From: the human T2T-CHM13v2.0 reference genome, Homo sapiens
Strand: one strand, 5' to 3'
Length of the DNA stretch: 64,000 nt
NCBI RefSeq assembly: GCF_009914755.1
Contig: NC_060934.1
Shown here in pieces: positions 14,006 to 25,678 of the stretch; position 1 is the stretch's first letter; every line of letters starts with the position of its first letter. Both the position numbers and the translations under genes were made by a program. The notes beneath the pieces were generated by a model that worked only from the letters and a program-made list of their open reading frames with translations, searched no databases and was not told the origin of the DNA.

Positions 14006-14616
14006 ATAAATGAAAGGCATTGACAGCACCTGATGGGCATGAATTTAGTGTGAGGGATAGAAGAGTGAGAAAGTCAGATTGACATTATGCAAGAAACTGT
14101 ATTGATTAGAACACTGGAGAGTGAGGTCGTTGTGTTCATATTAGACTGAAGCAAAGGGCAGCCAATCTTGTTCAAGAACCTAAAAATACTGGAATTGTGA
14201 TTGAAACCTGGAATGCTGCTTTCCTGCATTTCATGGTACTGTTTTAGGGGAATGTAATCAAACCATTAATTATTGTTTCTTTTCAAAGACTAAAATGGAA
14301 TAAAAGTTGTTTGGAAGTAGAAGATGCTTAAGATTAGAAATTTAAAAGTCATAAAGTTAACTATGTGCATTTCCATTGTATACAAAATTTTTTGTATACT
14401 TTAAGGTTGAAGTTTTACATGCTTTGTAGACTTCTTTTTGCATGGGTAGTAGAGTTTGAACAATGATCTAAGAGCTGAGGGTGGGAATGTGTATGTTTAA
14501 TCATCAAAACTTTTCCAGTGGAAGAAGTTGGGGACAATTATGCCTATTTAATGTGGTTTTATCAATTAGGGGTTGTGTGGATTTCAAACCAACAAATCAG
14601 ATCACAGCTAACATAG

Positions 14617-14976
<360 letters not shown>

Positions 14977-15001
14977 TTTAACAACTATTAAATTGACTTG
15001 A

Positions 15002-15310
15002 GGCTGGGTGCGGTGGGTCACGCCTGTAATCCCAGCACTTTGGGAGGCTGAGGCAGGCAGATCACCTGAGCTCAGGAGTTTGAGACCACCCTGGGCAACA
15101 TGGTGAAATCCTGTCTCTACTAAAATACAAAAAAATAACCGGGTGTGGTGGCGCTTGCCTGTAGTCCTAGCTACTCTGGAGGCTGAGGCACAAGAATCGC
15201 TTGAGCCCGGGAGGCGGAGGTTGCAGTGAGCGAGATCACACCACTTCACTTCAGCTTGGGCTACAGACTGAGACGCCGTCTCAAAAAATAAATAAATAAG
15301 AGTAAAAAAT
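15002..15310 (+). mobile_element. AluS-like SINE with TSD
   Basis: Full Alu; TSD TAAATTGACTTGAGG on both sides. Confidence 0.9.
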
Positions 15311-15484
15311 AAATTGACTTGAGGTATTTTTGCCAAGAAGACCTGGCAGTGTAATTTTGACTAGATAGAGATGGATTAAGAAAAAAAATCCATCTTCTTG
15401 GATTTCTTCTCTACCTACCAGGTAGTTTTTCAAATTGGGTTGACCAGCTACAGCCTATTAATGGATTGTAAGATCCTAACCAGC

Positions 15485-15803
15485 ATTTTATTTTATTTTA
15501 TTTTATTTTATTTATTTTATTTTATTTTATTTTATTTTATTTATTTTATTTTATTTTATTTTAGAGACAGAGTCTCACTCTGTCGCCCAGGCTGGAGTGA
15601 AGTGGCATGATCTCGGCTCACCACAGCCTCTGCCTCCCGAGTTCAAGTGATTCTTGTGCCTCAGCTTCCCAAATAGCTGGGACTAGTAGAGACGGGGTTT
15701 TGCCATGTTGCCCAGGCTGGTCTCGAACTCCTGAGCTCAGGCAATCCTCCTGCCTCGGCCTCCCAAAGTATTAGAATTACAGGCGTGAGCCACCACGCAC
15801 AGC
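15485..15803 (-). mobile_element. Alu with (TTTTA)n tail and internal deletion
   Basis: (TTTTA)n at ~15486-15562; junction GGGACTA|GTAGAGACGGGG lacks the central linker; TSD CTA(A/G)CCAGCATTTTA. Confidence 0.88.
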
Positions 15804-16239
15804 TCTAGCCAGCATTTTAAAAAAGAAACAGAATCAGAGTACATAGGATTATAGTAAGGATAAATAATGTTTCATCAAAACTTACATCATCATACATATA
15901 TACATACAAATTGGAATGTGTGTACTGGGTCACTTTGTAAAAAGTATTTCTTGTTCTGGATTGCTGTTGAAAACCTAGTGGTGTTTTAAAGCCATTATGT
16001 AAACCATTTCATCCCAGTTTTCCTGGTACCTTAGAGAGCACACTTGGACTGCCTGTGTGCTTAGTCAAAACCTACATACTTACTGTCTGCCCTTCAAAAT
16101 TCCCTTCTTTCCCTGCCTCGTTGAACTCATTTTTTTTGAAAGGTTATTCTTTTCCCTTCTGATTATATGTAAAAATGTTTCCTCTACCCCTTTCAATTCC
16201 CTTGAAAAATGCATTTGGGAGAATTATTTTCACTACATA

Positions 16240-16740
16240 ATAATTTATTTGAATAGTCCATTTGTGACTGACTTAATGCCTGCCATGAGTTGAGCCCCAA
16301 GCTTTAGGCACTGAGGCTACCAAATTGGAAAGGACAAAGTCCTTGACCTAGAGGAGGTTCACAGTCCATGGAGAAGACGGTTAGGTCAATAGTTACAAAG
16401 CAGCATAAGTACTGTTTAACAAAAGATACAAGCAGACTGTGAGAGTAGAGGAGAAACTACCTAATGCAGCACCAGGGACAGGGTGCTGAGGAGGGTTGTG
16501 TAAGCAGTGGGGAGCTTATAGGGGTTTCATGCAGGAAAGTAACCAGATGAGATTTGGGCTTTAGGAAGTTGGCAATTCTGGATAATGTGACGCTGACTCT
16601 AAAATGAGAAACGAGGGGCAGAGATATACAATATAGCATTTTCCAAAGAAAGTCAACCCTTGTAGTTAAAACTGGATGGTGTATTGGAGGCAAGGGAAGT
16701 GATGAAACTAATAATAAAAATTGAGGTAGAATATCTAGCA
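16240..16740 (-). mobile_element. Degenerate L2 LINE fragment
   Basis: TAGGCACTGAGG...AAAGTCCTTGACCTAGAGGAGGTTCACAGTCCATGGAGAAGAC resembles the L2 3' region. Boundaries approximate. Confidence 0.5.
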
Positions 16741-19700
16741 TAGAGTATCTAAATAACAGGCCTTATAACTCTTACGTCTGCATGTGTGCCTACACATTCA
16801 GTTACATTTTGTCTTCCAAGATTCCTGAGTAAAAACTTGAACGTACAGATGATTTTATTAATACTTAGTTCAGTTCTACCCCCAGAACATCTCCAGCTGT
16901 AGCCTTGAGTGTTTCTAGAGAGGGGTGGGGTGGGGAATAGTTATAAAGGACTATTAATTCTTATAGCACCCCAGAGAGGATGATAAATATAAAATACCTT
17001 GCTTATCCTCACACTTTAAAAATACTTAAAAAAATAAAAATTTAGTGTTACTGCTCACCTTATGAGTATCAATGAGGTAAAGGGGTAAAATATTAAAAAT
17101 ATTTTAAAAATATTTTTAAATGTATGTCATCCAGTCCAAAATCTCACATCTCTCACTGCCTCTGAACCCTCCCTTTTTTTAAAAAATTAACACCATATAT
17201 ACGTTAGATTTTGCATAGTCTTACCAAGGATGATGAAGTTAGAAACAAAAATCAATTTGGTAGGGGAAAAAAACCACAGAAGTAGTTTGTCAGAGATGTC
17301 TGTTTTCTGAGGCCATCACATTTCCAGAGAGCAAATGGAGGCATTGACCTGCTGTGCTTAATGACCCTTGCTCTGACTTCCTGCTCTCCAAGTAACTTTC
17401 TGATTGTATTTTGGCATCCTGGGTACATTTGTCTGTAGGGTAAAAATATGTTAAAGAATGAACATGAGAATCTTCTTGATAGTTATATTTTTTATTGTAA
17501 TTTAATAAATTTGACAATCTAGTTAAAATGAAGAAAAATAGGAGATACAATATATAAGCCTTAAAGTGCTTCTGTGATATTTAGGAGATCTACTCTGTCC
17601 CTTATCTAGGGATATTAAGCCTTAAGATGCAGAAAGGTAGCAAACTATGGCTTCATGCCCAGTAAGCTCCCTCTGAAACACCTATTTTTCCCCCAGTTTC
17701 GATTATTAGTTCATTATTTTTGAACCTTTATTCTGCTCTTTTAGTGAATGTGGTTAAGAACATGGTAAACTTAGCAATTACAAAGGGATTGCATGCCCTT
17801 TGCTTTAGATCAGTACCTCCACACACTTGAACAAATACCATGTTGCCATTAGCAATGGTGTCACTGAGGCTGGGACTTCTATAGGGGTGAAGAGATACAT
17901 CCTGGTTTCAACCCCTCACCATTCTCCATGATTCTGATCTCTGGGAAAGGGGATAATTTAACCCCAATTTTGAAAATTGCTTTTTCTGTATCTAGGTTCT
18001 ATCTACATCCAAATTTAGATAATTTGGATTTCAACCACCTGGAAATCACATATTTAACAGCCTGTGATTTTTATGAACTTCATTTCTCACTTTCCTGTAT
18101 TCACTTTTGCCTACCCTTTCACTGCTTCTCCTAAGCCAGTTCTGTGGAAAGAAAAGTTTGTTCAGGGGTTTTAAAGTACACCTATGGCTTTCTAAAGAGT
18201 GGAAAAATAAAATTTCCACACCCCATGCCAACCTTCTCCATTATGTCTACACAACTTTGTCATAACCTTGGAATATCCTTATATTCAGGTGTGGAGGATA
18301 CAACAGATGTGAAATAGCCAAGAGTAGATAAATTTCTCCGTGTAGAGCAAGGACTTGTCAGCAGATTTTTTCAGGCCCTCCTGACTATACTTATACTTTC
18401 TGTGCTTAAAGGAGAAGAAGTGAGTAAACTAGGGGACACAATTTCAGATTATTGTCTGGCAAAAAATATAACTTGTTATGCCTTGAAGAGGGGGTGAGGA
18501 AGCATTTTTGTTTTATTTAAAGAGTCAAGCCATAGTAATTTACAACCCTTGACTATAGTCAGCTCTCTAAAGCTTGCTTTCCCCTTCTGTTTTCCTGGGA
18601 CTCCCTGTTTCTGCTATTAAGATTAGCTCCTATCCAAACATCATTCTCTGTGGCTATTGATCTTTTTTCAGTCAAGAAGAATGTATTTTGGTCATCAGTG
18701 ATATTGCCTTTGCTCATCAAGCAGTTATTGGTAGTTAGAGAGTAAATACCTAAATTCATCACTCCTAAATTCTAGACTCTCAGACTTGTCACTTCACCTC
18801 CATGCCAAATCTCTTCTCCACTTGATCTTTAACTCTAAGATAACATAAGCATTGCCCACCCACCAGTATTAACCACAGGAATGCTTTCCATCAGAAATTA
18901 AATGTTGTGTTATTGACTTGGTAGGCAAGTTAAGCTGTGTCTAACCTATGATGTAGATAAATATTGAGTAAATCATTAAAGATGGGGTTATGAAACAACA
19001 ATCATTCTTAAACTGTAGCTTTTAAAGGGTTTATGAATATTATCTTATCCTTTTACCACACCCTTAACAATTGGGCATGGAACTGAAGATAGGAAGACAG
19101 TGGTCAAGGTCATGCACACCGTTTCTCACCAAGGAGATAAACTGAAAACTAATTTAAGTATTGGAAATCCAGTTTTTTCTTTTCCTTTATGAGAAGTGGG
19201 AGTACTTCCTCCCATTAACCAATCCCTAGGATCTTACTGTGCTTTAGTGGTGGTTTTCAGGTATTTCTGATTAACGAATAATTCACTTGACTATTACAGA
19301 GTCCTCTTGATGAGCAGAAGCAGCATGAACTAGCATGAGCTCAAGTCATTTCAACATCTGTTATGAATTACTGTTCTTATAAAGACCTTATTTAGTCAGA
19401 TGTGAAGGACATCGTATGATACAGACTATAATCTGCACCGAACTAAAACAGTGCTTCCTGGACCTTAGGCCAAGTTGAGGAAATGGTTTGCAGAACAGAA
19501 AATTGCCTCTCTCTGGTTTCCCTACTAGCTGCCCAACAATATTCTAAGTTAATGCAAGTGCTATATTTAGGGTTTGTTACAAATCTAAGGTCTCGGAAAA
19601 ATTGAATAACTAGAAGCAAAAGTAAAGACAAGCTGTTTAAAACAGGAAAAACTGGCTAACACCTATTTTTTAACATAAAAAAATAGTAATAGAATTAAAT

Positions 19701-19772
19701 ATCAGGAAGTTGAGATTCATTTTTAAAATATTCAAATGATAAAGTGAAATTCATCTAAATTTAGGTGCTATT

Positions 19773-20078
19773 GGCCGGGTGCTGTGGCTCACACCTGTAA
19801 TCCCAGCACTTTGGGAAGCCGAGGCTGGTGGATCACCTGAGGTCAGGCGCTTAAGACCAGCCTGGCCAACAGGGTGTAAAACCCCATCGCTAGTAAAAAT
19901 ACAAAAATTAGCTGGGTGTGGTGGCACATGCCTGTAATCCCAGGTACTTGGGGGGCTGAGGCCCAAGAATTGCTTGAACCCGGGAGGTGGCGGTTGCCGT
20001 GAGCCAAGATTGTGTCACTGCACTCCAGCCTGGGCGACAGAGGGAGACTCTATCTCAAAATAAAATAATAAAATAAAT
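19773..20078 (+). mobile_element. AluS-like SINE
   Basis: GGCCGGGTGCTGTGGCTC...GGATCACCTGAGGTCAGG; (AAAAT)n tail. Confidence 0.9.
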
Positions 20079-20596
20079 ACTTATGTGCTATTAAGAAAAA
20101 TTCCAGAAAAAAAAGTAGGAAGCTGGATAACTTTGAGGCACAGCCAAAACTGATTTTATTGCTATATTGTAAAGTTAGCTGTTATAACAGGGCCTTTTAA
20201 TGACACCTGGACAAAGGTTAGTATTCATGTGAAGGCCTCTCAGATCGAAGGGAAGCTGTTGGTGGGCTCATCATGCCTATGTGTCTAGTTGCCTACCAGA
20301 CATCTCAGGTTCAGAATCATGTAAATATCTTAATATGTATAGTACAGAGCTCTTCAGAAACATACACAGCCTAACAACCACCAGCCACTATCTTTGTTAC
20401 CTTTATTCCTATCTCAGTAAATGGTGCTGCCCAGGAAGAAAACTCAGGAAGCATCCTAGATGTCCCTTTTCCCTCTCCTCTTTTTTGCTAAGAGAAAACA
20501 GGAAAACATGAAACATGGTCCCTGCACTCAAGTAGCTTACATCTGCTTGGGAAGCTAAGACAAAAACAAGGCAAAGTCAATACAAGATAAAAATTA

Positions 20597-20935
<339 letters not shown>

Positions 20936-22458
20936 TTAGGATTTTCAGGAAAGAATGCAATCAAACCAGGTGGGGTAGTTTTGAGCTGGCCAGTGACAGG
21001 CTGACAAGAATACCCTGGTACCTGCTCTTACACGTTGTCCCTGATCCTTTTTATGAGGAAAACATACAAATGATCTTTTTTGTTGATGCCATTTTCTCTG
21101 GAGGTTGCCATTTGCAGTTCTGTGGAAAGAAACGTTTATTTTCTTTTCATTCTCCTGAGCTTCCACAAACTACTGCTCTAAGTGTCCCTTAAGGTTGGTG
21201 TAGCCTGTGTCAGTCTCTCTGATGCTACTGTTTTTTAGTATCCACATGCTGTATTACATTGTTCCAGGTTAGAGTTCAGTGGATCCTGAACATGTTTCTT
21301 TAGCATGCCTTAGTGGTGGCATGGAAGACACCACCGCCTCTTGCCATGAGGTTGTGAAATACATTCCTACCTACCTGTGGCTGTCTAATGGGGACTAGCT
21401 TGAGCCATATGGCCATGGTTGTTGCTTCAGGGCTGGCTGCATGGCCCTTTGGAAGACCTTACATTAGTTAAGGGTAATGAAGATATTGGGGTGCTATTAA
21501 GTTATTGAAACATGGGACAGCAGCAGATTAGAGTCTCACAATCATGAAGGAAGTTAGATAATACCTGTGAACTAAATTATTACTCATTTATTCTGTGTGA
21601 GCATCACTTTAGAGGAAAGTGCTTCTTCAGCTTTCTTCATAGCACTCTGTCTTCTTACTGCATGCATACCTTGATGTCATTCAACCCCAGGCATCTCATT
21701 AATTCCAAGCACTAAAGCTTGCTTCCAGAACCCAGCTATAGGCATGAAGCGGTACCTAGAAAATTTTTGCGAAGAGTTAGGTAATGATTGTGCTTCTTGA
21801 ATTAGGAAGAACCGTTTATCTCTTCAGTTTTTCTACAATTAGATGCCATAATATTTCTTCACCCTCTTCACTGACCTTTGTCATCCTTTTTTGTGTATTG
21901 CCAAAACGCACTTGGAGTATGTTCTTTGATGCATTGAAAAGGCACCCACTTATTTATAGTCACCTACCTTGGAAACATCAGGAACATATCAGGAACTAAG
22001 GAATAAAGGCTTTTGAGCAACAGAAGTTGTGGTTAGAAAATTCATGTACTTACCCCTAAAACTATTCCTCAAGCTTTCATTCAGAGCCTATTTATTTTTA
22101 CTTAAAGTACCATTTTGGCACTTGGGATATGGCTTCTCAGCTAGTGAGTAAAATTCTCTACTAAAGGTAGAAGTAGGACTGCTAAGATCAGCCACTGTTT
22201 GGAAGCCAGTAAGAAAGAAGATTTAATACAATACAGGCCACCACTGTAGTTTTTAGGAAGTCAGACTTAGTTAATTGAGTTGCCCCTCAAACTATTAATC
22301 TAATTCAGTCTAGTATAATAAAAATAATAGCCAGACTTCAGTAATAGTCCATATGGTAATGATCCCAAGTATCAGGAAGAATAAATTATGTTCCAAGATA
22401 ATATAATTTTTTAAGACTTCCATCAAAAAAAATTTGAATCTTTAAATATTTGCTTTAA

Positions 22459-22730
<272 letters not shown>

Positions 22731-23719
22731 TGATTTTTTACTGAAGCACTTTTAATTTGATTCACTGACAGTAGTGGTAGCTGATATTTGTATAAACTTT
22801 GTAGGTTTTTCCTTGGAGAATTTCCAAGTGGTAGATGGGGCAGGTACTCTACTAAGACCCAAAGTGGTTAAATGTTTTGGACAAGGTCACATAACTAGTA
22901 AGCAGCAGGACTACTTACTGATTCTCCATCTCCACTCTCGTACTGTAGCCTGTAACACATATTGTGCTGTTGCTTTCATCTGGTAGACATAGTGACAAAG
23001 TTCTTCCTAAAGGGGTCTGGGGTCCTTCAGCAGGGGCCTCCTCCTGCCTGTTCCATGAGCAGAAAAGTCTGCAGCTGCATGAGGATTCTGTTGAGCTCCT
23101 TTGTACATCTCATTGAGTCGGAAAGTTGGAAATGTCCTAACAATCACTCATCCAAGGGTGTCACTGATGTCTTGCCTGTTCCAAAGGAAGAAGATAATAT
23201 TTGCCATTCTTGCAAAGCAGGAGGAGCTTATTCCATATGCTGCCTTTTTAAAACTTTTACTAAGTCCACTTTACAGATAGAAAAGTACTCAATAGGTTTT
23301 TTCTAGCTGCTTTCGTCTTTTCTTTCCTTTGGTACATTTTGTCCCCATCGCCAGTATGTACTTCAGAGTTCACCGTACTTGTGTACCTTTTGTAATACTT
23401 CTATAATAATATTTTTTCCTAGAGTATTCACAATTCAGGTATCATTGGAAAGTATGAGGTAGGCATTTTCTATGACATTTCTAGTCTTTCAAATCCATGG
23501 TCTAATATAGGCCCTTTCAGAAACCCATGGCACTACCGACTAAAACTGCTTTCTTGCTAGTTGTGAAAACAAAAACACAGTGTAACCTTTTCTCTGGTAA
23601 AGCAGTTTAGGTTAAGCAACAGATTTGACTAATTTCTTGGTTTTGTATTTAGACATGTTCAGCAACCTTTTCACTACTTGATCTTAAAAATCTCCCTAAG
23701 CCCTGAACAGAAACTGAAA

Positions 23720-23950
23720 TTGTCTGAGCACCTGCCCTTTTGTGCTTTGTGCTTTATGTTTTATGTATGTTATCTAATATCTCACAACAATCCTTTGAGA
23801 TACTGACATTCAGTCCCAACTTACAGATGAGGAAACCAAGGTTCAGAGAGATGACGTAACTTGCCTAAGATCCTGTAGATAGTAAATGTCAGAGCCAAAG
23901 GTGGAATCTCGGATCTCCATATTCCACAGCCTATGCTCTTTTCCACTGTG
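23720..23950 (-). mobile_element. MIR SINE
   Basis: CCCAACTTACAGATGAGGAAACCAAGGTTCAGAGAG...AACTTGCCTAAGATC. Confidence 0.7.
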
Positions 23951-24740
23951 ACCCCACTGCTCAGAAGCCAGTGGAGGGTGGGAAGGTAGGAGGTGATGTG
24001 GGTTGTCTAGGGTCAGCCTTCCTGTAAAAGTGCCTCATGACTGAGACAGAAAAATCAAAGACTGAAGAAAAGAATTAGCCAGAAGATATTATCAAACATC
24101 TGTTCACACATTTAAAGCTGCCTCTGTGTGCTGCTGTATTTCATGGCAAGTCACATAATAGTCTCCTGAGGAATTATAATCCATACAGAGAGAGAGGGAG
24201 TTTAAAAAATTATATAAAACTCCAGGAAATTGGAGCACACCGACTGCATGGGTTCAGTACAACCCAGACATCCAGAAGCACAAAGCAGCTAGTGAAAGGC
24301 CTGGCTGTCTAAGCAGGTATTGCCTGTGGCATGTCTTGAGTCTAGCATCACCCTTTCACACAGTCCCCACTGTCTGCGCTAAGCTCTAAGGATTTGTCCT
24401 GGGTGACTTACTTAAATGGTGGAAAGGGGTTTTTAACATAGAATGATTTCTTGTGGTTGATTGTAAAAGGTGTATTGAAGATCTCGGAGAATGTAGCAAG
24501 TGGGCCTTGAATAAAGATACAATACTACTACCTTGCAGTGACAGGCCTGTACAGTTTAGTGTGGCTTCATAGCTATCTCCTCACTTAAGAGACTGCGAAT
24601 TGGGACTTGCTTGTCATCTCACCATTTAAAGTAGGTGAAGTTATTGATTTCTATTCCTTTATACTCCCAGGAAAGGGTAGCAGGATTCCTGCATTAGCAT
24701 GACCAATTGGTCATGCTGAGAAACTATCTTAAAACTGTTA

Positions 24741-25082
<342 letters not shown>

Positions 25083-25450
25083 CTAAACCCAAGATTTGTA
25101 CTGTAGTGCACCTCAATTCTTGTCAGTGTTGTGGACTTATAAACCCACGATTATTTAACAGGAATACCCAGACCTAAAATAAAGTATATGTTGACCAACC
25201 AGAGTTAATAGTGTGGTCAAAATTTTAGCTTTTTTGAAAAAAATGTATTTGCAGTATTTCTTCTCTTTAAGATAAAAATGATTTTTGAATGATTACTTTT
25301 AACGTATGAAGAATATCGTCACTAAAATTTGAGGCTATAACAGGCTGACCTTATAATTAGGTAAATAATTCACATTTATTGAATCAAAAGTATATGAGCA
25401 GACTTAGAAGCAGTTTTCGCCAAAGTACCCACCCTCTTTATAATACAGAT

Positions 25451-25590
25451 AGCCAGGCAAGGTGGCTTACACCTGTAATCCCAGCACTTTGGGAGGCTGA
25501 GGCAGGAGGATCTCTTTAGGCCAGGAGTTCGAGATCAGCCTGGCCAACATAGCGAGACCCTGTATCTACAAAAAATAAATAAATAATAAA
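25451..25590 (+). mobile_element. Alu left monomer (FLAM-like) ~90 nt upstream of the PALI1 acceptor
   Basis: Single arm ending ACCCTGTATCTACAAAAAATAAATAAAT. Confidence 0.8.
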
Positions 25591-25646
25591 ATGAATAACG
25601 TTGGGTGAATTTTATAATGTAAAAATGGTTCTTTGGTAAATGACAA

Positions 25647-25678
25647 TACTAATTCCTTCTTTCTCTTTCTCTGTCTAG
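25647..25678 (+). promoter_or_regulatory. LCOR: Branch point, polypyrimidine tract and 3' splice site of the PALI1-specific exon
   Basis: TACTAAT (25647-25653), TTCCTTCTTTCTCTTTCTCTGTCT, AG at 25677-25678. Confidence 0.9.
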
